The notes: a model not told the origin generated them from the letters alone. A stretch of 64,000 bases of DNA from an uncultured Candidatus Rokubacteria bacterium (GCA_963789955.1 CAWBMV010000022.1:352001-416000); one strand, 5' to 3'. Numbered from the stretch's first letter, positions 40,255-50,822 are shown. Made by a program: numbers and translations.

Positions 40255-41871
40255 CTACTTCGCCAGGAACGCCTTCGCCTCGCGCAGCTCGGGCCGATCG
40301 GTGTCCGCGTTGCCGCACAGGTTCACGACGCTCGTGTAGAACGTCCGAGCCTTGGCCGCCTCACCCGAACGCTCGGCCGCCCGTCCCGCCCCATAGAGGC
40401 TGCGGAAGCGATTCGGCTCCGCCACCAAGGTCAGCTCGAACTCCTTGAGCGCCTCGGCGGGCTTGTTCATCTCGAGCAGGACGTCGCCGAGCAGCTCGCG
40501 GGCCGGAACGACCGCCGCGGGCGTGACGGGATGCTTGTCCATCGAGCTCTCGAGCTCTGCGGCCGACCTCAAGAGCGTGAGCGCCTCGTTGGGATTGCCC
40601 TTCGCGCGCGCGACGAACGCGGCCGCCGCGCGACGCTGCACTTCGACCTGATCGGCCCAGTACCCGTTCTTGGCCTGCGTCAGCGCGTCGCGCAGCGCCG
40701 CGAGCCGCTCGACGTCCTTCTCGGCCGCCGCCACGTTGCCGGTGCGTGCCGAACCCAGCGAGTGCGTGTACGCGATGATCGCCTCGGCCCAGGGATAGCG
40801 CGCCCACGGGAACGTCATGGCCGGCATCGTGATCGCCGACGCGTCGGTCCAGCTCCGGCGCTCGAGCGCATAGCGCGCCGGCACGGCCACCAGCGCGTAG
40901 GCCGAGGCGAGGCTCTCGGGCTCGGCCTTTCGGTATTCGGCGACTTCCTCGACCACGCGTCGGGCCGCGCCGTCGCGCCCGGTCTGCAGGTAGCCGTAGA
41001 CGAGATAGTCCTGGGCATGCAGCGTCTGATCCCAGGCGTAGCCGCCGCCCTGCTTGGTCACGTAGGCCTTGCCGGCGTCGGCCGAAGCGAGATTGGAATC
41101 GATCGACTCCTGCCAGAAGCCGACCCGGGTGAAGATGTGGGACGGCATGTGGAGCGCGTGCGGGACCGCGGGCGCGATCTTCGAATAGCTGCGTGCCGCG
41201 GTCAGCGAGCGGGTCGCGAGCGGGGCTGAGTCGTAGCTGTGAATGATGTAGTGCGCCACGCCCGGATGATTCGGCTGCTCGGCGAAGACCTTCTCGAGAA
41301 TCGCGGCGGCCTTCAGCTGATTCGCGTAGGTCTTGTCGGTCGGCAGCGCGGTCGCGTCCAGCGCCAGCGCGTAGAAGACGGACGCTTCACGATCTGACGG
41401 ATAGCGCGCGGCGAGCTGCTCCATCGCTTTCTCGTACGCGACGGCGCGCGTCCGGTGGTCGAGCTTGTCGGAGTCGCGGTAGAACGTGGCGAGCGCCGCG
41501 ACGTAGTCCTTCTCGCGCGGCGTGGCTGTCAAGGTCGCGGCTTTGTCCAGCGCGGCCCGGCCCTTGGTCAGCATCGCCTCGCTCGGCGGCTGCCAGAGCG
41601 GGTAGTAGACGCTCATGGCCATGCCCCAGTAGCCCATCGCGCAGGCCGGATCCGTCGTGGTGACGCTCGTGAACGTCTTCAGCGCCTCCTCGTACCAGAA
41701 CGAGTGGAGCAAGGCGACGCCGCGCTCGAAGACGGGCTGCGCCGGCGCGGCGCACGACGTGGGGAAGTGAACCTGCCCTAGCGCCCCGGCGGTGTCGTCG
41801 TGGGCGAGAGCCCCGCCCGCCCACAGCCCGGTCAAGAGGGTCGCGACGGATAGAGTGACGGCTCCCTTCAT
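40255..41871 (-). CDS. Secreted TPR-rich hypothetical protein
   Basis: Signal peptide, VHFPTSC, LLHSFWY, HPGVAHYIIHSYD, HALHMPSHIF, helical repeats. Confidence 0.75.
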   Translation of the reverse strand: MKGAVTLSVATLLTGLWAGGALAHDDTAGALGQVHFPTSCAAPAQPVFERGVALLHSFWYEEALKTFTSVTTTDPACAMGYWGMAMSVYYPLWQPPSEAMLTKGRAALDKAATLTATPREKDYVAALATFYRDSDKLDHRTRAVAYEKAMEQLAARYPSDREASVFYALALDATALPTDKTYANQLKAAAILEKVFAEQPNHPGVAHYIIHSYDSAPLATRSLTAARSYSKIAPAVPHALHMPSHIFTRVGFWQESIDSNLASADAGKAYVTKQGGGYAWDQTLHAQDYLVYGYLQTGRDGAARRVVEEVAEYRKAEPESLASAYALVAVPARYALERRSWTDASAITMPAMTFPWARYPWAEAIIAYTHSLGSARTGNVAAAEKDVERLAALRDALTQAKNGYWADQVEVQRRAAAAFVARAKGNPNEALTLLRSAAELESSMDKHPVTPAAVVPARELLGDVLLEMNKPAEALKEFELTLVAEPNRFRSLYGAGRAAERSGEAAKARTFYTSVVNLCGNADTDRPELREAKAFLAK

Positions 41872-41929
41872 GAGTGCCTCCCTTCGAAGTCGAAGCGTGA
41901 TTGCCAGACCATCACGCCGACTGAGGCTT

Positions 41930-41945
41930 CGCAAGGATCCTGCCA
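41930..41945 (-). promoter_or_regulatory. Putative sigma54 promoter for the TPR gene
   Basis: TGGCAGGATCCTTGC (GG-N10-GC) about 60 bp upstream of the ATG. Confidence 0.5.
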
Positions 41946-42049
41946 CGGGCGAGCCTAACGATTGCTGGGGTTTACACCGTCCCGAAGACGGCCGCGATCG
42001 GGCGGGATGCCCGCTGCCTGGGCGAAAGCCCCGACCGCGCCGTGAGAGT

Positions 42050-42523
42050 CTAGCGCTCGGCGCCGAGCCTCGTCGCGCCGCTGTTCGGCTTCAGGTGGGT
42101 CAGGCTCCCGAGCTCGTTGAGCGCGGTCAGCATCTCGACCGGGATCGGCTGTGAGCTCAGCGAGCCGTCTTCGTTGATGCGCGCGTAGACGCGCGTGGCC
42201 TTGCCCTCGCTGACCGGGGCGCCGGTGACGGCGTTCTTGGCCTTGCAGTTCCAGTGGAGCGTGCGGTTGCCGACCTCGGCCAGGGTGATCGTGTTCACGA
42301 TCCGGTCGCCATAGGCGGCCGGGCCGATGAACCGGAAGTGGATCTCCCCCATCACGAACGTCGTGCGATCGTTCTTGATCATCTGCTCGATCGGGTAGCC
42401 GATCACACGGAACAGCTCGTGCTCGGTGTCGTTGAACCAGGCGACGATACGCGGGTAGTACACCAGCCCAAAGGGGTCCGACTCGCCCCAGTTGACCGTT
42501 ATTTCCTTCCAGTACATCGCCAT
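42050..42523 (-). CDS. Acyl-CoA thioesterase (4HBT hotdog fold)
   Basis: WGESDPFGLVYYPR. Confidence 0.85.
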   Translation of the reverse strand: MAMYWKEITVNWGESDPFGLVYYPRIVAWFNDTEHELFRVIGYPIEQMIKNDRTTFVMGEIHFRFIGPAAYGDRIVNTITLAEVGNRTLHWNCKAKNAVTGAPVSEGKATRVYARINEDGSLSSQPIPVEMLTALNELGSLTHLKPNSGATRLGAER

Positions 42524-42582
42524 TGGCTTTCCTCCTGTTCCGGGCCGTCTCGCCGGTATACGGGATTGGCTTGTCGCCGTCA

Positions 42583-42827
42583 AGTTGCGTCGGCCGGGCG
42601 GGCGGGCCGGGTGCGGGTGGGGTCGAGACGACCACGCGGCACGCGTGCGCTGGCCCGCGGCGGCTGGGCTCCATCTGGGCGCGCGTCGTCCGATGCGCAC
42701 GTTGGAGGGAACGGGTCGCTTCGACCCCACCCGCACCCGGCCCGCCCGCCCGGCCCACTCGTGTTGACCGTGACGACCGGAACCGTAGCCGTGTGCCGAC
42801 TCGGTCGCGGAGTTGGCCAACGCAACT
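42583..42827. repeat. Nested inverted-repeat element (MITE-like)
   Basis: Perfect 35-bp IR 42592-42626 / 42721-42755; outer 12/13 IR 42583-42595 / 42815-42827. Confidence 0.7.
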
Positions 42828-42904
42828 GACTCGAGGATTGCTCGGTCAGCGGAGTGAGGACAACTTGGTCTGGTCTTTGGAGCTCAGACTGTTTGGCTGG
42901 TCGG

Positions 42905-43540
42905 TCACTTGGGTTGTTGCAGGAGCCAGGTGGTGAGGGCGTTGAAGGAGGGGAAGCTGTGGTCGGGGGTGGGGCAGTGGCCGAAGCCGTAGGCGGCGTG
43001 GAGGAAGGGGACGTTGCAGTCGCGGGCCGCGGTCTGGTCGCCGGGGGTGTCGCCGACGAAGACGGGGTGACCGAGCTGGTTGCGATCGATCAGCACACGG
43101 AGGTTTTGCGGCTTGGACAGGCCGGTGTTGCCCCAGCACTCGAAGTCGCGAAAGCAGCCGCCGAGGCGGGACCACTGAAAGAACGTCTCGATGTAGCCGC
43201 TCTGACAATTGCTGACGATGTAGAGCGGATAGCGGGCGGCCAGCCGTCGGATGCCCGCATCGACGTCGCCGAACAGCTGACCGCCGAGCTCGGCGATGGC
43301 CTGGTTGTCCTCGGTCTGCGTCTCGGCGGCGAGCGTCGCGATGTGCGCCTCGTCGAGTCCGGCGAAGACCGCGCGGATACACTCGTCGTGCGGCCTCCCG
43401 GTGACGCCCCGGACGTCGTGCTCGGTGATGGTTCGGAATGGGATGCGGTGGCGCGCGAGCACGCGATTCCAGGCCACGGCGCAGCTCACGCTCGTGTCCC
43501 AGAGCGTGCCGTCGAGGTCGAACACGACCGCGTCGATCAT
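42905..43540 (-). CDS. HAD-family hydrolase (phosphoglycolate phosphatase-like)
   Basis: FDLDGTLWD, IVSNC, FVGDTPGD. Confidence 0.9.
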   Translation of the reverse strand: MIDAVVFDLDGTLWDTSVSCAVAWNRVLARHRIPFRTITEHDVRGVTGRPHDECIRAVFAGLDEAHIATLAAETQTEDNQAIAELGGQLFGDVDAGIRRLAARYPLYIVSNCQSGYIETFFQWSRLGGCFRDFECWGNTGLSKPQNLRVLIDRNQLGHPVFVGDTPGDQTAARDCNVPFLHAAYGFGHCPTPDHSFPSFNALTTWLLQQPK

Positions 43541-43632
43541 CGGCTTGCCGGCTTGACGAGCGTCATTTGCGCGGCATAGTGTGCCTGCATGTGATGTCGA
43601 CGGCGGCAAACAAAATTCAGGAGGATTCGACG

Positions 43633-44091
43633 ATGCGCATTCTACTCACTGTGATGCTGGCATTGCTCATGACCGTGACGGTGGCGCCCGCCCAGCAAGG
43701 TCAGCACATGACCATGACGAACGATGCGCTGAAATGGGTCGAGCCGCCGACTTTCCCGGGCGCGAAGCTGGCGATCGTGCAGGGCGATCCTGGCAAGGAA
43801 GGACCGTTCGTCTATCGGGTGAAGATGCCGGCCAACTACAAGATCGCGCCCCACTACCACAAGGCCACCGAGAACGTGACCGTGCTCTCCGGGGTCTTCT
43901 TCATCGGCATCGGCGAAAAATTCGATCAGGGCTCGGGCAAGGAGCTGCCGGTCGGCGGCTTCTTCTCCGTTCCGCCGACGCATCGGCACTTCGCGTGGGC
44001 CGGCGGTGAGGAGACGCTCATTCAGGTGCACGGCGTCGGGCCGACCGACATCACCTTCGTCAATCCCGCGGACGATCCGCGCAAGAAGTAG
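43633..44091 (+). CDS. Secreted cupin-domain protein
   Basis: Signal peptide, PHYH...ENVTVLSG, HFAW. Confidence 0.85.
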   Translation: MRILLTVMLALLMTVTVAPAQQGQHMTMTNDALKWVEPPTFPGAKLAIVQGDPGKEGPFVYRVKMPANYKIAPHYHKATENVTVLSGVFFIGIGEKFDQGSGKELPVGGFFSVPPTHRHFAWAGGEETLIQVHGVGPTDITFVNPADDPRKK

Positions 44092-44101
44092 GACACCTCT
44101 C

Positions 44102-44137
44102 CAGGCCGGCCGCGCCCCATCGCGGCCGGCCTGTTTT
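44102..44137 (+). terminator. Rho-independent terminator
   Basis: Perfect 13-bp stem CAGGCCGGCCGCG / CGCGGCCGGCCTG, 6-nt loop, then TTTT. Confidence 0.8.
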
Positions 44138-44178
44138 CGGAAGGACTCCCTTTTCGGAATGCCTGCCGCTGCGTCGCG

Positions 44179-44193
44179 TGGCACGGCCCTTGC
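44179..44193 (+). promoter_or_regulatory. Sigma54 promoter
   Basis: TGGCAC-GGCCC-TTGC matches the -24/-12 consensus. Confidence 0.65.
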
Positions 44194-44277
44194 CACCATT
44201 AGTTCCTCGATCGAGAAGTCGAGCCTATACGAGGCCCGGCACGTTCAAAGTGACACCGTTGGTGACAAGGAGGGCTC

Positions 44278-44793
44278 ATGCAGCCCAGTCCGTTCAGCCG
44301 TCCTCCGCAGCCGACAACCGCGCCGATGTATGTGAGAAGCCCCACCGCTGTCGTCGAGCCGTCACGAGTCGGCCCGACCGGCGAAGCGCGGAAAGCGCTG
44401 GAACGCCGGCGCCGCATCGGTGGCCAGTGGTTCTACTGGATCGCCGGGCTCTCGCTCGTCAATGCCGCCATCGGCTTCACCGGCGGAGACTGGCGCTTCA
44501 TTCTCGGGCTCGGCGTGACCCAGATCGTTCAGGAGCTCGCGAAGTCCGGGGGCAATGGAACAACGGCCGGTCTGGTCGGCCTGGCCGTGATCGCGATCTT
44601 TGCGATCCTCGGGCAGCGCGCCGTCCTGGGGCAAGGCTGGGCCTTCGTGCTCGGCATGACACTCTATGCGCTCGACGGCGGCATCTTCGTGCTGATTCAA
44701 GACTGGGCGAGCGCCGGCTTCCATGCCTTCGCGCTCATCATGATCACGCGAGGCTACCTGGCCTCGCGGCAGCTGACGGCGCCCGGAGCGTGA
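44278..44793 (+). CDS. Hypothetical membrane protein
   Basis: AAGGAGG RBS, WFYWIAGLSLVN, several TM segments. Confidence 0.75.
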   Translation: MQPSPFSRPPQPTTAPMYVRSPTAVVEPSRVGPTGEARKALERRRRIGGQWFYWIAGLSLVNAAIGFTGGDWRFILGLGVTQIVQELAKSGGNGTTAGLVGLAVIAIFAILGQRAVLGQGWAFVLGMTLYALDGGIFVLIQDWASAGFHAFALIMITRGYLASRQLTAPGA

Positions 44794-44806
44794 CCGCGCC
44801 TTCGGC

Positions 44807-45288
44807 TTAGTTTCGCGAGGCGGGTGGACGGCAGCCGCGAATGCGGTGTCGTTCCTGTTCGCTCAGCGGATAGTCCTGAATCGGTCGGCGCGTCGGTGAG
44901 TCCGCGTCCCGCAGCGCTTCTTCGATGACGCCGCGGGTTCTCACGTCCGGCGCCGCGGCCAGCGCCTGACGTAAGCCCCGCTTGCCCTCTTCTCCCAGAT
45001 CAACCAGAACGTTCGCCGCCGACAGCTGCGTGACATGGTCCCGATCGGTGAGGAGCCGGGTGAGCACCGGAATGTCCTGCTCAGTCACGCAGCTTCTGAG
45101 CGCGATGAGCGTGTACATGTTCATGCCTCGCGTCATGTGCGCGAAGCCGGTGTTGCGATCGATCACGCGCTTCAGCTCGTCGTAGCGCGAGCGCTCCGCC
45201 GCCCCGCGGCGCATGGCAGCGCCGTCGCCAGCAGGAGCACCACGCAGACGCGCGCACACGACTCGGCTCGCCGCCGGGCGTGGCCCAC
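44807..45288 (-). CDS. Secreted HEAT-repeat-like protein (frameshift in the signal region)
   Basis: IPVLTRLLTDRD...AANVLVDLG helical repeat; hydrophobic N-terminus in an adjacent frame. Confidence 0.55.
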
Positions 45289-45318
45289 GCGCACCGTGAC
45301 GCGGCGGCGGCGCCGGTC

Positions 45319-46982
45319 CTAGTGGCCGCCCGCGCCGGGGCGGACCCAGCCGCCGTGAACCGGATGATGCGAGCAGATGAACTCGAGGAAGGCCGGCCGG
45401 CCCTTGGCGTTCTCGTCGAGCGCGCGCTTGATCGCCGGCATCACTTCGGCCGGCTTCGTCACGTCCTCGCTGTAGAAGCCGACGGACTTCGCCATGTTGG
45501 CCATGCACGCCGAGGCGTGATCCGACACCTTCCACGTGTACGGATCGTGGCCGCCGCCCCAGAAGCCCGGCCCGTAGCCGGAGTAGCCGCCGTTGTTGAT
45601 GTGGAGCGCGGTGATGCCGATCTTGTAGCGCGCCACCGCCTCGAAGTTGCCCATCATGTAGCAGACGCCGGCGTCGCCGGTGACGAGGACGCTCTGCCGG
45701 TCGGGAAACGCGAGCTTGGCGCCGACGGCGCCCGCCAGGCTGAAGCCGAGCGTCGACACGTTGCCCCAGCCCAGGTGTCCGCGCGGAATCTGCGCCTCGT
45801 ACACCGTGCTGGTCTGGTCGCGCGTGTTGCCCGGAGTCGGCGGTGACGAACGAGTTCTTCGGGTCGAGCGCCTTCATCAGGTCGCCGAGCACGCGGTACG
45901 GATTGATCGGCGTCTCGTTCGACTCCATCCACGGCCGGAACTTCGCAAGGAACGCCTCTTTGCCCTTGCGGATCTCCTCGACGAGCCCGGGGTTCTTCTT
46001 CGGCCCGCGCGCCGAGAGCTCGGCGATGAGCGCCTGCAAGGTGAGCTTCGCGTCGCCGACCACGGCGTGCCGTGTCTCGTAGCTCCGGTTGATGTCGAGG
46101 ATGTCGACCGTGCACTGGATGATCGTCTTCTGTTCCGGGTTCGGCACGGCGTGGCTGAACCGGTTGGGGAACAGGCTCGAGCCGATCGAGAAGAGCAGGT
46201 CACACTTGGTGAGGTAGTGATCGGCCAGCGAGCCGCGGACTCCCACCGACAGCGGATGGTTCTCGGGGAACGTGCCCTTGCCCTTCAAGGTCGTCAGCAC
46301 CGGAATCTGCGCGAGCTCGGCGAACTTGCAGGAGCTCGCTCGTCGCATCGGCGTAGTAGACGCCCTCGCCCACGTAGAGCAGCGGATCCTTCGCGGCCAG
46401 CAGGGCTTTCACCGCGGACTTCACGTCGTCCGGATCGGGACCGGACCGCCAGCCCTTCACGGGCGAGTAGGGATGCTCGTCGGTGTCGTACTCGCCGAGA
46501 TCACGCGGGATGATCAGCAGCACGGGCCCGGGCCGGCCCGACCGGAGGTGCGTGAACGCGCGGCGCACGTAGTCGGGGATGAGCTCGGCGCGATCCACTT
46601 TGCCGACCCACTTGGTGACCGACTTGAGCGCCTCGGCCATGTCGTAGTGGGTGTGGCGGCTGGCGCCCTGGCCGACGCCTTCGGTGATGACCAGGAGCGG
46701 CGACGAATCCTCCCACGCCTGCCCGATGGCGCCATAGGCCATCTGGATCCCGGCGGCGTTCAGATTGGCCATGATGGTGCACACGCCGATCTGCTTGCCG
46801 CACGTCACGCGCGAGTAGGCATCGGCGACCGCGACGGCGAACCGCTCCTCGCCCATCATGAGGATGGGCACGCCTTCTTCGCCGAGCGCGTTGTTGACGT
46901 GGTTGGTCGGGTAGCAGCTCACCCACGGAATGCCTTCGGCCTTGAGCGCGCGCGCGAAACCGTTCGCCGCTTTGACTTTCAT
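45319..46982 (-). CDS. Thiamine pyrophosphate-dependent enzyme (acetolactate synthase-like); two frameshifts
   Basis: SGRPGPV, TGDAG...NNGG TPP motif; pieces join near 46330 and 45830. Confidence 0.88.
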
Positions 46983-47159
46983 CGAGGTCTCCTGGTGCTG
47001 TTCGCGCTGCAGGCCGTCGCGGGGCTGGGGCCCCGCCGGCCGAGGCGCGTTTCTAGATAGTCGATTCGGTGCCCTGTCGTACCGCGCCGACGCGTGCCGT
47101 GTCAAGGATCTCCCCGGCGCCGGCCGGCGATGGTACCGTGCACCCGAACAGGAGGCGTC

Positions 47160-47561
47160 ATGGCGACCGTGAAACTGATCGAATACGCAGAGGCGAGCGC
47201 CGAAGTGCGCGCGGTGTACGACGACATCATGGCCACGCGGAAGGTCGACCGCGTCAACAACTTCTGGAAGGCGCTGGCGAGCCATCCGCCGACCTTGCGC
47301 CGCACGTGGGAGACGCTCAAGTCGGTGATGGCGCCGGGCGCGCTCGACCCGCTGACCAAGGAGATGCTCTACCTCGCGGTGAGCGCGACGAACGGCTGCA
47401 ACTACTGCATCGCCTCTCACACGGCGTCGGCCCGGGGACGCGGCATGACCGAGGCGATGCTGGGGGAGCTGATGGCCGTCGTCGGCATGGCCAACGAGAC
47501 GAACAGCCTGGCCGACGGCTATCAGATCGAGGTCGACGAGATGTTCCGGTCCCCGGCGTAG
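47160..47561 (+). CDS. Carboxymuconolactone decarboxylase / AhpD-family protein
   Basis: NNFWKALA, EMLYLAVSATNGCNYCIASH. Confidence 0.9.
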   Translation: MATVKLIEYAEASAEVRAVYDDIMATRKVDRVNNFWKALASHPPTLRRTWETLKSVMAPGALDPLTKEMLYLAVSATNGCNYCIASHTASARGRGMTEAMLGELMAVVGMANETNSLADGYQIEVDEMFRSPA

Positions 47562-47632
47562 CACCCCCGGCGCGCGTGGTAAGCTTTCCGGCACCCGAAA
47601 GCGAATTCCTCTCAGCGCGGAGAGAGACAGCC

Positions 47633-49188
47633 ATGAACGCTCGGCGTCCGCTCCCGACCCTGATCCTGATCGTGACCCTGGCTCTGCTGGTTGCCTACGT
47701 GCCGACCGCCGCGGAGGCGCAAGCGCCCGCGGGACAGATGACGTGGGCGGTGCACATCTCGCTCGCGCCGGTCTGGTTCGATCCGGCCGAACACACGGGG
47801 ATCATCTCGGTGATGATGGTCCTCACTGCCGTCCACGACGCGATGGTGAAGCCGATGCCGGGCAAGCCGTTCGCCCCGTCGCTCGCCGAATCCTGGACGA
47901 TCTCGACGGATGGTCTCGTCTACGAGTTCGTCGTGCGTAAGGGCGTCGTGTTCCACAACGGCGACGCGCTGACGGCCGAGGACGTGAAGTTCTCGTTCGA
48001 GCGGTACCGAGGCGCGGCGGCCAGTCTATTGAAGGCGAAGGTCGCGGCCGTCGAGGTGGTCGACCCATACCGGGTGCGCTTTCGCCTGAAAGAGCCGTGG
48101 CCGGACTTCATGACGTTCTACGGCTCGCCGGCCAGCGGCGCGGGCTGGATCGTTCCCAAGAAGTACGTCGAGAAGGTCGGCGACGAAGGCTTCAGGAAGG
48201 CGCCCATCGGCGCCGGCCCGTACAAGCTCACGTCGTTCAATCCCGGCGATCGAGATCATCCTGGACGCGAACGAGCGCTACTGGCGCAAGACGCCCGCGG
48301 TCAAGCGGCTGGTGTGGAAGACCGTGACCGAGGATCTGACGCGCCTGGCGATGCTCAAGCGACGGCGAGGTCGACATCGCGTACTCGCTGCGCGGCCCGC
48401 TCGGCGAAGAGGTGAAGAAGACGCCGGGCCTCAAGCTCGTCGGCCTGGTCGGCAACGCGACCCAGTGGCTCAACTTCGGCGCGCACGCAGTGGGATCCGA
48501 AGTCGCCCTGGCACGACAAGCGAGTACGGCTGGCGGCCGCGCTCGCGTTCGACAAGGACGGCATCAATCAGGCCGAGACGCTCGGCTTCTCGCGGCCCAC
48601 CGGGAGCATCATCCCGTCGGCCTACGAGTACGCGCTGGCGATTCCGGCGTATCCGTACGATCCCGGCGCGGGCGAAGAAGCTCCTGGCCGAGGCCGGGCT
48701 ATCCGAACGGCTTCGACGCGGGCGAGTACGCGGCCGACAGTTCCTACGGGAGCGTCGCCGAGGCGATCGGCAACTAGCTCGGCGCGGTGGGCATCCGCAC
48801 GAAGCTGCGGCCGATGGAGCGCGCCGCGTTCCTCGGCAACTGGAAGGACAAGAAGATCACCTCGATCATGTACTCGGGCGCGGGCGGCCAGGGCAACGCC
48901 GCCACGCGGATCCAGAACTACTTCGTCAAGGACGGCCTCTACTCCTTCGGCGGCTACCCCGACATGGACGATCTCTTCGTCCAGCAGGCCCGTGAGCTCG
49001 ACCCCAAGCGCCGCGAGGCACTCTTGCACCAGATCCAGCGCCTGGCCCACGAGCGGGTCATGTCCGCGCCGCTGTGGGAGCTGGGCTTCCTGAACGGCGT
49101 GGGCCCGCGCGTCGAGGAGTCGGGGCTCGGACTCATCGCGCTCCATCCGTACTCGGCGCCGTACGAGGACCTCAAGCTCAAGAAGTGA
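47633..49188 (+). CDS. Peptide/nickel-type (family 5) ABC substrate-binding protein; several frameshifts and an in-frame TAG
   Basis: PSLAESW, FHNGDALTAEDVKFSFERY, PIGAGPY, YSAPYEDLKLK. Confidence 0.85.
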
Positions 49189-49208
49189 CCCGAGACCCCG
49201 GAGGCATC

Positions 49209-50153
49209 ATGGACGCGGCGCTCGAGACGAGACCTCTGCATCCACTCCTGGGCGTCGAGATCGTCGGCGTCGACGTCAACCGTCTCGACGACAGCACCTT
49301 CGCGCGCATCGTCGCCGCCTTCGAGGAGCACTCGGTGCTCCTCTTTCGCGGGCAGACGCTCGACGACGAAGCGCAGATCGGCTTCAGTGGCCGGTTCGGA
49401 CCGCTCGAGACGACGATCCGCACCGTGGTCTCGCACGCGAGATACCGTCCGGAGATCTCCAATCTCGCGAACGTCGACGCGAACGACCGGCTGATCCCGC
49501 GCGGCGACCGGCGCAACCTCTTCAACGCGGGCAATCAGATGTGGCACACCGACAGCTCGTTCAAGCGGGTGCCGGCGCACGCCTCGCTACTCTCCGGGCG
49601 CGAGGTGCCGCCCGAGGGAGGCGAGACCGAGTTCGCCAGCATGCGGGTGGCGTACGAGCGCTTGCCCGAGGCGATGCGCCGATCGCTCGAGGGCAAGGTG
49701 GCGATCCATAGCTTCGAGTACTCGCGCGGCCTGGTCGGCGAAGGGCTCCTGCCGCCCGAGGACGCGGCCCAGGTTCCGCCGGTGCCGCAGGCGCTGGTGC
49801 GCGCCAATCCGGTGAACGGACGGAAGGCGTTCTTCGTGGCCTCGCACGCCTGCGAGATCGTGGGCATGCCGACCGACGAGGCCCGCGCGCTGATCCGCGA
49901 TCTGCTCGAGCGCGCGACGGCGCCGGATCGTGTCTACACGCATCGCTGGCGGCCCGGCGATCTGGTGATGTGGGACAATCGATGTGTCTTGCATCGCGGC
50001 CGGCCCTGGAACGAGAACCGCTATCGTCGCGTGATGCATCGCACGACGGTGGCGGGCGAGGGGCCGACGGCCGGCGAGGTCGCGGGGATCCGTGTGGCCC
50101 CGGCCCGCGAGAGCGACGTCGCCTGGTGCCGCGCTCAGCTCGAGGCCAACTAG
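49209..50153 (+). CDS. TauD/TfdA-family 2OG dioxygenase
   Basis: WHTDSSF, GGETEFA, MWDNRCVLHRG. Confidence 0.93.
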   Translation: MDAALETRPLHPLLGVEIVGVDVNRLDDSTFARIVAAFEEHSVLLFRGQTLDDEAQIGFSGRFGPLETTIRTVVSHARYRPEISNLANVDANDRLIPRGDRRNLFNAGNQMWHTDSSFKRVPAHASLLSGREVPPEGGETEFASMRVAYERLPEAMRRSLEGKVAIHSFEYSRGLVGEGLLPPEDAAQVPPVPQALVRANPVNGRKAFFVASHACEIVGMPTDEARALIRDLLERATAPDRVYTHRWRPGDLVMWDNRCVLHRGRPWNENRYRRVMHRTTVAGEGPTAGEVAGIRVAPARESDVAWCRAQLEAN

Positions 50154-50165
50154 GAGGATCTCCGC

Positions 50166-50598
50166 ATGCATCGACGGATCGATCTGAGAGCGCTCGCCCT
50201 CGGACTCTGCGCGGTCGTGATGTCGGCGGCGCCGATCGCCGCGCAGACGTCGACCGCCACGACGGACAAGTCGGCCAGCACGACGGACAAGATGACGAGC
50301 TATTCGGTCGAGAAGAAAAAAGAGGCCGTCGCCTTCGGCAAGAAGATGATGAGCGACTTCGACAAGAGCATGAAGATCGCTCGAGTCACAGGTCTCGCGT
50401 GACACGAGCGCGGCCAAGGCCGACGCGCAACGTCAGCTGAAGGATCTGAAAGCCCAGCGCGCGGAGACGGGCAAGAAGCTCGACGAGCTCGGCCGCGCGT
50501 CGGCTCAGTCCTGGGAGAGCACGAAGCACGGCTTTGCGAACGCGTACAAGGACCTGCAGCAGTCCTACGACAAGACCGTCGCCGGACTCAAGAAGTGA
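50166..50598 (+). CDS. Secreted coiled-coil hypothetical protein (frameshift near 50378)
   Basis: AGGAGG RBS, signal peptide; corrected C-terminus ...KLDELGRASAQSWESTKHGFANAYKDLQ...KK-stop. Confidence 0.7.
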
Positions 50599-50609
50599 CG
50601 GGGGGCCCG

Positions 50610-50819
50610 ATGCGGGACAAGTGGCTACACGCGGTGGTGTCCCTGGGACTGGGTGTGGCGTTGCTCGCCGGCTGCGAGCAGAAGGGTTCCGCGGAGAAGG
50701 CCGGTCAGAAGATCGACAAGGCGGTCGAAGACACCGGCAAGGAGCTCAAGAAAGCCGGCGAGAAGGTCGGCGAGAGCCTCGAGGACGCGGGGAAGAAGGT
50801 CAAGGACGCGTCGAAGTAG
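50610..50819 (+). CDS. Small lipoprotein (LEA/stress-like helical repeats)
   Basis: Lipobox LAGC, AEKAGQKID, KAGEKV. Confidence 0.75.
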   Translation: MRDKWLHAVVSLGLGVALLAGCEQKGSAEKAGQKIDKAVEDTGKELKKAGEKVGESLEDAGKKVKDASK

Positions 50820-50822
50820 CGC

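Noticed and set aside
41946..42049. Short hairpins (GGGC-GAAA-GCCC, CCGTC...GACGG) as a riboswitch or ncRNA
   Set aside because: Stems are short for this GC content and I recognise no RNA family; an Infernal/Rfam scan would settle it
44807..46348. Apparent TPP enzyme-HEAT repeat fusion
   Set aside because: A frameshift near 45830 diverts the frame; the TPP C-terminal domain is in ORF 45319..45804 with its own stop
48775..48777. In-frame TAG in the binding protein as possible pyrrolysine or readthrough
   Set aside because: It lies in an error-dense stretch, the context fits TAC (N-Y-L), and no pyl genes are seen in the window
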